Part shown: piece by piece, positions 33,721 through 52,789 of the stretch
Layout of the letters: each line of letters begins with the position of its first letter
Position numbering within the stretch: the first letter of the stretch is position 1
Source: the human T2T-CHM13v2.0 reference genome, Homo sapiens
NCBI RefSeq assembly: GCF_009914755.1
Contig: NC_060935.1
DNA: 64,000 nucleotides
Reading direction: 5' to 3' (one strand)
Made by a program: the position numbers and the translations under genes
The notes under the pieces: model-generated
Databases searched by the model: none
Seen by the model: the letters and a program-made list of their open reading frames with translations, nothing else
Told to the model about the DNA's origin: nothing

Positions 33721-36700
33721 GCTGCTATTATTACTATAATCATCATTGAAAATTTTGTGAAAATGAGACAATTTGACCTTTGGGCTGAGAAGATACTCTG
33801 TCTGGCTCTGACAAAGAAAATAAAAACCTTTAAAAAGCTCTCTCACAATCATAATACTTGAAGTTACACAAGATATTCTAACATAAAGACTTGTGTTTTA
33901 TTCTCACATGCATCCTGTGAGAAAGCAGAGCATAGTAGAGGTTTCAGTTTTATCTGTCAAGAGCAAAATTTGAGGTTTCTAAACATTGAGTTACTCAAAA
34001 TATTATGCTTTAAAACTGAAGGAAGCAAAACCTCAGCATAGGCCTTCTGAAAGCTTACGATGGCTTTTCTTTTTTTCCCCCAGGGCAAAGTGCTCTTAGG
34101 AGCAAGATGTTGGAATTTACACCATTCTTATGTGGATTAAGAGAGGTTTCCTTCTGAGGATGTTGGAAGCCTCTGTTCAGAAACTTTTTCTTTCCGGATC
34201 ATGCTTACAGATCTGATTACACCCAAGAAGCCTAAATTGTGTGTCAGCCAACTAGATGTGGACAAGATAGTTTTTAGCCTCCTTCTGGGACTAGATATTC
34301 ATTCATCAAGATGAGTGCCTTTGAAGCAGAATCTGTGATAGGGTGGTTGGGCCACCTAGAGACATATGGCCATGACTAGAATCTAAGGTTAGACATACAG
34401 AAAGGATGAAGTCTTTAAAAATAGGCATTCATTCATTTATTCATCCATTCACACATATAACCTGAGTCCCTACTGACTTTCTAGTACTGAATGAGGCCAA
34501 CATGATAGAAGAAGATATGTATGCCCATGTGTGTGGGGTAGTAGAAACAAAGTCACGGCTTAACAAATATTAATTAAAGTTATTATTACTAGTTAGTGGA
34601 ATACTATTAACAATAATATTTTAGCAGCCACTATTTGCAAAATATAACACTTTTAGGAGAATTACATCTATTATACCTCAGTAAAACTCTATGAAACAGA
34701 CTTTTTATATATTTTTTCTGGATAAAAAATAAAATCTGATAATTTGAGACATTTAAAAAAGTATACAACTAGTAAGTAGTTGAATTTTTAAAATTTTCCA
34801 TTCACTATCCTAAATATGTCTATGATACAATTTAAAAAATTATATATACTCCATGTATATTAAATATAAAGTAAAGACCTTTTATCCTTACCTTTCTATC
34901 CTCCCTGGAGATAATTTCCCTTTATAATCTGCCATACATTTCTCTGCAACTTTTCTACACATTTATATATACATATATGAACATACTCAAATAAATAGTC
35001 CTATTGGCTGGTAGCAAGGGCTATGTGTAGCACTGTTATTTCCATGATGCCACACTAAAATCAGTGCTGCTTGTCTGCATTTTTGTGTTACAGTGAATGT
35101 AGACTAAAATCCAAAATAAGTCAACAGTTGTTAAAAGTGATGACCTCATTGGTTTTGCTATCAACATAGAAAGAAAGGGAAGACATTTTCTCAGGATTTT
35201 TACTCAAGGAAAGGCAGTGGGGAAAGAGGCTTTGGTATTCTGTGTCAATCTGTATCAACAAGATCTTCAAACCTCCCTCTGCATGGCCCCAGGAGAGTCA
35301 GTGTTCCACAAACCTCTCCTGCCATCTTATGGTTTGTACAGCATGTGCAAGCTGCTTCTATAGAAATGCATATAGAAAATACAGGTATATAAATGCTAGA
35401 GGCTACCAAGTTGTAATTTAAAAATAATGCTCATAATCATCAATGTATTTATTATTATCATTAACAGTCACAGTCTTTTATAGTAAATCCTAAAGTTGAA
35501 GGTTTGAATGTTTAATGCTATGAAATATTAAATAAGTGACGACAGTATCTTTTATGCTGACTGTCCAGGATTGGAAATGCTACAGCAAAGTGAGATAGGC
35601 ATTTTATGTATATCATCTGCAAAGACTAAACTAAAATAGCTGGGTTGTCAGGTCAGAGCAATTTACAGGGAAAATTAAATTCAAATCTTCAGAGGATCAT
35701 TTGTTGGTATGTCTCTGTCCAATTTGAGGGCAATAATTTAATGCCAGAAAATATCTATTCTTTATCTCACTCTCTTTCTTTCATTCTTACTTTCTGTCTT
35801 TCTCCCTTTCTCACTCTTTCTGTGTTTAGAAATGAATAATAGAATAACTAAATACATTTATTTAACAAGCGGTCATTGTTTAGTTGTTTGTTTATCTAAT
35901 GAGAGGCTTCTCTATTTTAGCAACTACTGGGTACAAAAATACATTGGTGCATATATTCTCTGTTCCTATGAAGCTTGTATTTTAACGGAAAGGAAATAAT
36001 AAAAAAGTGACAAAAATAATTACAACCTCATATAGCTGCTATGAAAGAAAGAAAAAATTTGATGCAATAGAGAATAACAAAATTTATGTAAGCTAGTGTG
36101 ACAAATGCGGGTTCTGAGAGGAGGTAATATTCCAGCTGTGACCTGAGAGTTGTAGAGGCAAAAGAAGTATTGCCATAGTGGTATTGGTCCTGGAGCTCTG
36201 GTTCAATGAGCAGACAGAAGGAAGAGAACCATATGATCATACTTCAGGAAAAAGACTTACACATGATTGGGGCTACCCAAAGGGACTGGTTTTTCCAAGA
36301 GCAGATAATTTGAGTGATAAAAATAGTGATTTTGAACCCTTCCTTCTGCTAGCCCTAGCTATGGACCACCATGGATATTGAAGTAAGGGCTTTGTTTTGG
36401 AATTACTCTCCACACATTCTGAGGATATACAAGGGCACTGAAATATTCTAGAAAGTCCATAGCACATTCTGATGTTTATACTCTAAGCCACACAGCACCT
36501 TTCCCCGGATCTAGGGTCTTTCACATTAGGTTAATTTTTTTAAAACTCAAACACAGAAGTTCAAAAAAACTGAACATATAATTCTCATTCTCTGTGGCTC
36601 ATAAACATTTAATAGAGACATTGATGAAACTGTAAAACCCTGAGTTGTAGGCCGGAGATATAAAATTTCAACATAAAGAATGAACAAAATGACCAGAGGC

Positions 36701-36909
36701 AGAGGTACCCTGAGAGACAGTGATAGCTGTATCTAAAGAGTACTGATATTAAAAATAGAGAAAAATATATATCTCATTATATCCAAAGGGTTACATAAGT
36801 TTTAAGAGTGGAAATAACATGAAGGACCCTGAACAATTAGGAAACAGAAATTTGACTTGCTTCAGATAAAAGCTTTTAAAATATTTTATCTGAAACAAGT
36901 AAGCTTGTT

Positions 36910-38525
36910 TAAAAAATATAGGATATATGTGTACATAGTGAGATGATTACTTCAATCAAGCAAATTAACCTATCCATCAATACAACACCTTCCATAGTTA
37001 CCTTTTGCTTTTTCTTTGTGTAAGGGCATCTAACATCTACTGTCATAACAAATGTTTAGTTTACAGTACAGTATTAAGTCTTCATGCCATACACTAGATC
37101 TCTAAACTTATTTATCCTACACAGCTGCAAGTTTATAACCTTTGACCTACTTCTCCCTATTTTCTCTTTCTTTCTTCCCCTTTTTACACTATTTCTATGC
37201 ATTTGACCTTATTTTTCTTTTGAGATTCCACATATAAGTAATATCATGCCTTTATTTGTTTCTGTGTCTGGTTTATTTCACTTAGCAAAATGTACTCTAG
37301 GTTTACACATTCCCCCCATCTCCTTTTTTAAGGCTGAATAATATTGTGATATCATATATACATATGACATATATCACAATATCATATACAGACCTGTCAC
37401 AATGTCTTTATCTGTTCATCTATATATAGATACCACTTAGATTGTTTCCATGTCTTGGCTATTGTGAATAATGCTGCAATTAACATGAGAGTGCAGATAG
37501 CTCTAGAAAATGCGGATTTTATTTATTTTGGATACATATACAGCAGAGGAATTTCTTCATCATACAATAACTCTATTTTTAGTTGTTTGAGAAACTTCCA
37601 TACTGTTTTCTATAAAGGCTATGTTAACTTACATTCCCACCAGCTATGCACAAGAGTTCTCCTTTCTCCACAGCCTCTCCAACCCCTATCTCTTGTCTTT
37701 TTTGATAATAGCCATCTCAACAGGTGTGAGTGATACTTGTGGTTTTGATTTGCATTTTCCTGATGATTGGTGATGTAGTGCACCTTTTCATATGCCTGCT
37801 GACCATTTGCATGTCTTCAGAGAAATGTATATTCAGATCCTTTGCCCATTTTTACTTAGGTTACTATTATATTTTTTCATATTTAGTTGATTGAGTTCCT
37901 TATATATTTTGGGTATTAGACTTGTATCAGATATATGATCTGTAAATATTTTCTCCCAAACTGTTCCTTTTGATGATTGTTTTCTTTGCTGTGCAGAAAA
38001 TATTTAGTTTGATGTTGCTCCACTTGTTTATTTTTGCTTTTGTTACCTGAGCTCTGGCACATTTTACAGAAAACAATTTGAAAATTTGTATGAAACCACA
38101 GAACACCCCCAAATGGCCAAAACAATCTTGAGAAAGAAAAACCAACTTGATGGCAGCACACGTTCTGATTTCAAATTATATTACAAAGCTATAGTAACCA
38201 AAAAAGTATGGTACTATCATATAAATAGACACATAGACCAAATTGAACAGAATAAAGACCCCAGAAATAAATTTACATATATACAGTCCAGTAATTCTCA
38301 ACAAGGCCACCAACACAATAGGGGAAGGATAGTCTCCTCAACAAATAGTGTTGGGAAAACTGGATATCCAAATGCAAAAGAATAAAATTGGACCTTTACC
38401 TTAAGCCATAAGTCAACTCAAAATAGATTAAAGACATAAATGTAAGACCTGAAATCACAAAACTCCTGGAAGAACATGTATAGAGATAGCTGCTTGATAT
38501 CAGTCTCGGCAATTTTTTAGATATT
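36910..38525 (-). mobile_element. Old L1MA with 5' inversion (minus 36910-38057, plus 38058-38525)
   Basis: Reverse L1MA 3'UTR and ORF2 end up to [11 protein letters not shown], then a forward ORF2 piece ([31 protein letters not shown]). Confidence 0.8.
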
Positions 38526-38602
38526 GTCTTGATTTGAAGAAAATTTTCACTGGAAGTCTATATTGATCGATTTTTTCTTTCACAAATAAAGTTCCAGTTT
38601 TT

Positions 38603-44755
<6,153 letters not shown>

Positions 44756-45086
44756 AAATAAAGTTCCAGTTTATTTTTTCAGGTTTCCGTTGTTTCCTCT
44801 AATAATTTTCTTGTATGCAATGTGTCTTTTTCTATGTCTGCTTTTAAGATTGGCATACATTTGTTGTTTATGCCATTTGTAAGATATGCATTTAGTTGTG
44901 TTTTATTTTTTAATTGACATTGCTCAAGGTTAGCTAAAGATATGAATTAATAGATTTTCTTTATGTCTAGATGTTGAAACATTCAGTCAATAATTCCTCA
45001 AAAAACATTTAATCCATTTTTTGTTTCCTTTTAGAATTCTAATTTCACATATGGTGGACAGCTTGATACTTTCCCATGAGTCTGGC

Positions 45087-45325
45087 TTTCTGGGTTTCTC
45101 TCCCTGGCGTCCTCTCTCATCATGTGATCTCCTTGCATGCACTTGCTCTTTGTCTGCTTTCTGCCATGTTTGGAACCAGCATGAGACCTTTATCAGATGC
45201 AACCGCCCGATCTTGGACTTTTAAGTCACCAGAATCATGAACCAAACAAAACTTTAAAAAAAAAAAAAAATAAGCTACCCAGACTCAGGTACTCTGTTAT
45301 AGCAAATCAAAATATGCAAAATACA
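45087..45325 (+). mobile_element. MaLR LTR 3' part (MST/MLT1A-like)
   Basis: CTGCCATG...CAGATGC...ATCTTGGACTT...CCAGAATCATGA...TACCCAGACTCAGGTACTCTGTTATAGCA. Confidence 0.75.
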
Positions 45326-46197
45326 CTAAAACTTTAGCCCAACTTGGAGTGGGGAGAAGAGATGGTTTCCCAAAAGGGGTCTCTCTGAAAAGTTTTCACA
45401 ATGAAAATGAAAAATCGGTTCCCTTTCATAATGACTGAAGAGAGGTAGGATGTTACGAAAGAAGGCGTTTCTGAAAGAGTTGCTGTGGGAAGATGTGGAG
45501 ACTTCTCTGTAAACCTTCCAGACTCTCTGTGCACACACAGATGCAGGTGTCCAGGGAGGCAGGGGGATGGACAAAATGAATTGCAACATGAAAATTTCTT
45601 AGGGGCTGTGGACCAGTCCAGAAGACCCTTTTGGCAATCCTAACTTCTGTGGGTCTCTCCAGTCTGAAAGACCCGCATCGATCTCACACCACAAAATGGA
45701 GTTCTTCTGGGAAGGACTTGTTCTAACAGGCCTGAGAGTGAGGTGACCTTGTGGCCATTTTCTGTGACAGAGACACCTAAAAAGAGTCTGTTGTGAGTCT
45801 GGAGACATTGAGAACCCTGTGAGTAAGGATTTTATTTAGGTCTGTTTCTGGTCAGAGTGGGGATTTAAGGCTTGGTCAATATGATTAAGACTAAAGGCCA
45901 CACACATAGATTTGTGTGAGATTACCATCTGTAAAAATCTGAAAAAGCTAAGAAAACCTATCTCTCTCCATCAATTTTAGTTTTTATGTGTTTGTAAGAT
46001 GTAGATATGTCTATTTTGTGCATGAGAGAGAGGAAGATCATCCTCAAAGGAAGAATGAACTGGTTGGCAGCTTTCAGCTGTGTAGTGGGTATTGAGGACA
46101 CGGGAAGGTGGTGCTGGAAGAAAAGCCACATTTTCTTGTGCCCTGGGGATAGTAGGGCCTTGGTGCTGGTCAGAATTTAAGCCTATCCTTGGGCTGA

Positions 46198-46232
46198 ATG
46201 CTCCCCCTGGTGGCTACATTGGAAAACCACAG
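46198..46232 (-). promoter_or_regulatory. CTCF binding site, probably the beta-globin HS-111 insulator/loop anchor
   Basis: Minus strand TAGCCACCAGGGGGAGCA is one mismatch from the core CCACCAGGGGGCGC, with an upstream U-motif-like CTGTGGTTTTCC. It lies between OR51B6 and OR51M1, where HS-111 is described. Confidence 0.8.
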
Positions 46233-46375
46233 CATGTGTACAGACCCTGGGGATTCAGTTCTCCTGAAGGAATCTCCTACTTCACCAAGCCTGGCTCAGT
46301 GGGCTGGCTAGGTATCAATTCTGGATAGAGGTTCCTTAAATAAAACTTATACTGGCCCCTTGAAAGCCAGGCTTT

Positions 46376-46429
46376 CCACCCCACCATACCCCCACCCCAC
46401 CTCTCTCTCTCTGTCGCTCGCTCGCTGTT

Positions 46430-46460
<31 letters not shown>
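46376..46460. repeat. CCACC/CACCC run followed by (CT)n(CA)n microsatellite
   Basis: CCACCCCACCATACCCCCACCCCACC, then CT and CA dinucleotide runs. Confidence 0.9.
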
Positions 46461-48819
46461 AACAATATTACATGCAATGAAAACCATTTGCACATTAACA
46501 AATAGGTACACTGTTACAGTGACACTTTTCACTTTTAGTAATGGATTTAGATTCTTTAATAATGAATTCTAATACCTTAAAGGTTAAGGCCTGAATGACT
46601 CACACTAGTGTGTTGATACTTCACCTTCCCCAACCATCATGCACCCACATTCACTTCACCTAATATTCGCATGATTACCCACGGTGATAGAGATAGGTCC
46701 GAGGACTTGCTCCTTCATTGTCCCCATCATCCTCCTCTTGGCCTCCAGGCTTCAGAAACTACCTCTGCCTTCCTAGCCTGGGCTAGTGACCCTATTTTGG
46801 AAACTTCGTTGAACAATCTAACATCTTTACTCAATGTGAGCTTCATAAAGGCAAGACCATGACATGTTAATCTGTCTATCTTCAAGTTCTTGATCAGAGT
46901 TTCTCACAGGACGCACTTAATGCACGTCAATGAAAATTGATGAGAATGTTTAATGTAATTTCAGTCACACTTCAAAGAGGACTATTTTGTGATATGATAA
47001 AACAAATCTAAAGATCATTTAGAGCAATAAAGAATCAAAAATGCTGAGTTCTTTCATTTGGTTTTCAAATAAATCTATTGCTTGGAAACTGGTCCTTCAA
47101 TTATATAATTCAGAGAAATAGAATATAAAGCTATTATACAGATGTTAGTTTAAAAAAGTAAGCAAATATTAGAGATCTCTAAATGGTAGGTTATCCACTA
47201 AACAGTATTGTGTATCTACGTAAAAAGCTGTCAATTACATATCTGCATCCAGCTCCATACACCAAAATAACATCTGTTTCCAGTGCAGACTTTAAATCCT
47301 TCCTGCATATTGTTAACAATGTACTCTGGAAAATATGATTGTTATCTCCTGCCTTTTTAAACCCAACCATCAAAATGTGTACCATGTTTGACATGTCATA
47401 TAAACTCATTCAGGATCTTGCCCCTGCCTACCTCTACTGTTTTATTCCAAGGTATTAACTCTCTTAAATGTTATATTTGATCACCGGAAAATCTTATAGT
47501 TCTCAAAACACATAAACAACTTTTCCTCACCTCCATGCCCTTGCTTACACTACCCCTCCTTTTTGGAAATACCTTTCTATAAAGCCCTATCTGTGGTTGA
47601 TTCTTAATTAGTCTTCATAGCTCAGGTTGGGGCCTTCCCTGGCCCTCACCTGTGGGCCAGGTGCTACCCACAAATATTAATATAATTGCCATGTCCATCT
47701 CTTACATTGCGCTAAGATAGTTGTTTTCCTATCTTATATGTGATAGATGCCCCTGAATAATAGCAATATTTGCTGTTGCTGGTAATAATAGCAGCATTGT
47801 TGCTGTTATACTGTCCTTGGCTAGGATCCCAGTGAAATAGGCTAAAATCATGTTCTTAATAAATGCAGGATTTTCTGAAATTTTTCTGGTAGTGGTGCCC
47901 TCTCCTACAAGCCTAAATGAAGATGCTCAGCTCCTTCCTATTGTACCGAAGCCAGAACCTTCCTCATAACTACAATTTAATAAGACATCCTGCTCTCTGC
48001 ATCTTGTCCTATCACCCTGACTCTCCTACACTCTGGCCCTAACAACCAGTTACTTACCCGGTGTAAGGTGGTGCCACTTCTGTCTGGGTGTGGTCTGATC
48101 ACACTGGCATGTCATAAACTTCATGGGTCTCTGTCCTGGTTTTAGATCTGTATGCCCCGTTTTGGAGCTCATCCCCACACAACTCTAATCAACCATGCCC
48201 TATTTAAAGGATGTAATACCTTGCTTCATGCCAGTCTCCAAGAGTGTGTGTGTGTTTGTGGTGGAGACGTTGTGTGTGAGTTTTGAAAGAAAAGAGAAAT
48301 GTACACATGACCTGATCACATTAACTCAGGTTCTGTAGCATAGTCTGGGGAAGAAGTACAAGACTATTTTTTTTTCCTAAATGTTGATGGCATTTGCTAC
48401 CAGAAAAGAAGGAAAAAAGTTTTGTAAAGGCTACTTGTTGTAGGGCTCATTGAAGGAATGTCCAGTGCATTCAAAGATGAAGTAGAGAGCTTTGGGAAAG
48501 CCTGAGACACTGACCTGGACATTTGTTTGGGGTAGGATTGAATATGCAAGATTGACTTCTAGGTCCAAAGATATAGAGGCTGGCAGAGATGGAGGGCAAT
48601 TTAATTATCTGCGGTAAATGGAAATATAAAAATAGACAGGAAAATGAGTGCAGGAGTGAGAGAATCTTGAAGTAGTGGTGATTGTGGTGCTTCAAGGCAG
48701 ATGTGCAATTTAAAAGCCACTGTGAAAATCACATGGATAATCCTCTTCATATACTACATCCGACCTCTCTGGAAAACGACGGGTCCATTACTAGTGGATA
48801 ACAGAAGACAGTAAATAAA

Positions 48820-49196
48820 ATGATAAGTGATATGAATTGACTTCTTTATGAAATTAAAAATAAACAGATAAGGCAGTAGTACTTTTGTTGCAGCGGATGT
48901 CTGTGTAGCCAAAACCTGGGGACTGAATGCTAAAAAGTTAGGGCTCTTCAGCTTCAGGAGACAGGGGTGGAGATAAAGAAAGTTTCCTGCCCATAGCATT
49001 CCCAGCCCTGGGGACCCTTTGTTTACCATTAAGTTCTCCCAGCTGGAGCCATGGTCTTTAGGAGGATAAATCCTTCTGTGATAGCCACAGCCTTGTGCCT
49101 CTCAGTGACCCTTGTGTCATCCTTATCTATACTCTTCTTTCTTCCTTTGGAACCCACTCCTTGGCTTCACATTTTTGTTATTACCTGCTGGTAAGT
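48820..49196 (+). promoter_or_regulatory. Candidate OR51M1 promoter and exon 1, with a GATA/CACCC cluster
   Basis: O/E site CCCTGGGGA 49006-49014. WGATAR at 48821, 48866, 48971, 49079 and 49123 (reverse). GGGGTGG 48964. Donor CTG|GTAAGT at 49191. Confidence 0.55.
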
Positions 49197-49414
49197 CTCA
49201 CTACTGTCTTGTACCGGGGTTTCAGGAGTGGGTAATTAGGGGGACATGGGAGAGAGGAGGGAGAAAATGAGGGAAAATGGGAATGCATAGGTATCACAAA
49301 AGCAGTGAGCCCAAAAAGACATGGTCTCAGTTACAATTAAGGCTTTTCCCCCAAATGTTTGAATGTCCTTAGCCAAATGGATTCCCCACATTCCCTGCAC
49401 TAAGCCTAATGGGA

Positions 49415-49605
49415 TTTTTTTTTCTTTGTTTTCTTTTGTTGTTGTTTCTTTGTTTGTTGTTTTTAGAAATGAGGTCTAGCTCTGTTACCCAGGCTACAGT
49501 GCAGTGGTGTAATCATAGCTCACTGTAAACTCAAACCGGATTCAAGCAATCCTCCCACCTTATTCTTCCAAGTTGCCAGGATTATAAGTGTGAACCACCA
49601 TATAC
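49415..49605 (-). mobile_element. Alu monomer (FAM/FRAM-like)
   Basis: T-rich tail, then GAGGTCTAGCTCTGTTACCCAGGCTACAGTGCAGTGG...GGATTATAAGTGTGAACCACCA. Confidence 0.8.
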
Positions 49606-50378
49606 AGCAGTCTGGGCCTTAGATTTTTCACTTGGAAAATGAAGTCTTAGAAACCAGGGTTCTCACAGAATCTCTTCTGATATTCTCAGAGTCTATGCAC
49701 AGAACCAGAGCCAGAGAAAGAACAGAAAACAGGACCTTCTTTTGCTGGAAAAGAGGCGAGCTCATCTGCAGTATTCTGTTAGGAAGGCCAGGAGGCAGGG
49801 CTGCCTCACTCCCCTGATGAGTGCCTGCATGGCCAGGCCAGCCCCTCCCTGGATCATGTCTAGAAGTCAGGATGGCAGAAGCCCTCTGGTCTCTATACTC
49901 TTTCCTGCCGAGCCATCTGGTATACACACCCTCTCCTTACTCTCATCAGAAAAACAGTCATTCACTTATTCAACAAATTATTAAATGCATTTTATATGCT
50001 GGTCCAGTTAACATAGAAAAGACCCCATCCTCAATCTGCTTATTTTAATCCAAACAACACCTTGTAACTTCCCCAGTATCCAGGATATGGCCTTCGCCTT
50101 CCAAAATCCTCCTCTATCCTACTAAAAACAGGCATGTTTACAGATGAGTTTGACCACTGTGGAAACGTTCTCTAGGGGTTCAAAAATGAATAATCTGGTT
50201 CAAGTCCTTGTGTTTAGGTGCAGCGTCTTTTGCATATTCTCCTATTTACAAGAAACAGTATCCTCCACCAATGTAGTTCATTAAAAAATAACTAATATTA
50301 AATTCAAACAAAAGAATATTTAGACACAGGTGAGGTAGAGAGCCAATTACTCATTGTATACTGAAAATCTCTTTTCAG

Positions 50379-50737
50379 GAATTTTCTCCTGTGATCTAAG
50401 ATGAATCTACTCTGCCTTGAATATTATAATTATGTTGTAATTAGATGTAACTGACTGCTCTGAGTGGACTCCTCCATTGCTTAGTAGACATGAAAAAATG
50501 ACTGTTGCTCTCCTATCATGGATAATTATCTCTCTTGCTAGGAGAAATCCCCTAAAGCTTTCTTCCCAAGAGGAAGTATACTTTCCAAGAGAAATAATCC
50601 CAGCCCTGTCATTGTCTCTGTATAGACATCTTGTTTCTACCAGATCCTTCTCCCTGTCCATCTCATCACTCTGAAGTTGGTGAACACAGAGCTGACAACA
50701 GAACCCCAGGCACAAAGAATCAGGATAAGAGGTGAGT
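50379..50737 (+). other. Candidate OR51M1 non-coding exon or alternative promoter
   Basis: Acceptor TCTCTTTTCAG| (50378) and donor GAG|GTGAGT (50732). TAATTA at 50427 and 50438; O/E-like TTCCCAAGAGG (50563) and TTTCCAAGAGA (50582). Coding-exon acceptor TTATTTTCAG| at 54660. Confidence 0.5.
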
Positions 50738-50872
50738 ACTTTATTTATTCACCCATTTAGTTTTTCATGCAAAAAAATATATATATATAGTGGTACCTAC
50801 CACATCTTAGACACTGTCAGGCTCCAGGGGCCTTTAGAGAATTCCAGTCTAATCAACTTAAAAAATGAATTA

Positions 50873-50908
50873 TTAGGTTGGTGAAAAATTAATGGCAGTT
50901 TTTGCCAA
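50873..50908. mobile_element. MADE1 half element
   Basis: TA followed by TTAGGTTGGTGAAAAATTAATGGCAGTTTTTGCCA. Confidence 0.7.
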
Positions 50909-50929
50909 TATAAATTTATGTTCTAAACA

Positions 50930-51280
50930 TGTATAATAAAGAATACGTATAAATACTACCTATAATATATATGTTGTACAAAGTATATATATGTGTACAA
51001 ATATCTAATATTTTTGTATATTTGTTTACATATATAAATATACAGACACATATATGTATACTCTATACTTATATATAAAAAATCTATAAAGTATATAAAG
51101 AATATATAATGTATATACTAAAATGTATATTCTATAAAGTATTTATGAGTAAATCTATACACTTATATGTTATTTAAACTTATACATATGTGTACTTATA
51201 TGGATGTATAAGTATGTTCTATATATATATATCAATAAGTATATATAAATATAAAAATATAAAGAATGTGTGTGTGTATT
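50930..51280. repeat. TA-rich low complexity
   Basis: Degenerate (TA)n. Confidence 0.85.
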
Positions 51281-52789
51281 TACACCTTAATAGTACATTA
51301 CAGGTACTACGTGAGAACAGAGAAAGATGTACCTAATGCTACAGAAGGAAGTCAGGAGAGATTTGACAGAAGAAGTGATATTTGTACTAAGTCTTAAAGG
51401 ATCCGCAAGTGTTTACTGGTTGGAAAAACAGGGGTGGTTTTTGCCAAGAAAGCAATAAATATAGAAGAATAAAAACAAGAAAAGTATGTGTAGGGAATTG
51501 AAGAAAAAAATGATATGGGTTTGTTGACTGGGAAAAGATGGGTTTGGAAAGGTGCCAAAACAAGAAGGACCTGGCTAAAGATGGTGTTACAGGGTGTTTG
51601 AGGCTACCAGGGCCATGCATAGAGAGACAAAGGTTCATATCTTATCCTGATTTTCGCTCACTACCAGGCCTTGGGATGATTGTTTACCTTTTTGTAGTTT
51701 TCTCCTTGTGAAGTAGGAATAAAATGTTTCATAGTTACATGAAATATTCATGATTATGTCAAGCTTTTCACAGCATCTAAATCATGTATGGCCTCAATAA
51801 ATTGGACTATCACCACAGATCTTTTACAAGTTTGAACTTTATTCTAATGATAGGAGCTACTGAAGTACTGAAAACAGTGCAGTGATTCATAGAGTTAGTA
51901 CTTTCTGCATAATCTCGGTGGCTGCAGTAGAGGATGGACCAAGGGAAGGAGGAGCCTGGCTTTGCATGTTGAATGACAGGTCAGGCAAGCAGGTGTGGAA
52001 AAGCTAAGAACAAGGACATTGGCTACAGAGATGAAGATGAATAGATTACAGGGATAGATTAAAAGAACTTAGTTAAAAATTAGATACAGAAAGAGGGAGA
52101 GGGTTGAGTAGAGCATCGCTCAAAAATGTTGTCTTGAATGGCAGGAAATGGTGAATAATATTATAAAAAATGCATAAATATGAGAAGAATCAGGTGTGAA
52201 AAGATGGATGCTGGGGTCAATATTAGACGTGTTGAGTTTCATCAGTATCCTTTTGGAAACACCTAGTGAGAAGGCAGAAACTCAGGCCTGATATGTAACG
52301 GAGTTATCTGGACTAGAGATTAATGTCTAAGAGCCACCACTGTATAAGTAATAATAATAATAGATAATATAATGAATGAGAAGTTAAGGTGTTCAAGGAC
52401 AGTAAACTGAATAACATAAATATTTGAGCAATGGAAATAAGAGAGTGCATAGAAGCTATCACAAAAATCAGAAGAGAACCAGCAGATCTTGGCATTAAGA
52501 ATTTCTAGAGAGAGCTCTAAAAAGGAAGGCATGGCCAGAACACACAACTATTGCACAAAAAAATCAATAAAAGCAGGTATGATTAAGACTCTCCATTGCA
52601 TTTGGCCCCTAGAAGTCACTGGTGAATTTAAGGAGCATTGCTTTAGCTAAGTGGGTTTTAAAAAAAACATTATAGGGTGGTTGGTTGAGTAGTAAACTGA
52701 GAAGTAAAGAAATGGAAAAGATAAACGTGGACTATTTTTTACCCCTTGCCAAAGTGATGTAAGCCTTATATCCATGCAGCACCTCTGCT

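Noticed and set aside
34348-34365. Weak CTCF-like GGCCACCTAGAGACA (also 29436-29454)
   Set aside because: Several mismatches in the G-rich core, far weaker than the 46.2 kb site.
45330-45830. GC-richer unique block ending in a GTGAGT donor near the CTCF site
   Set aside because: All frames I translated contain stops or resemble nothing I recognise; it cannot be supported as an exon.
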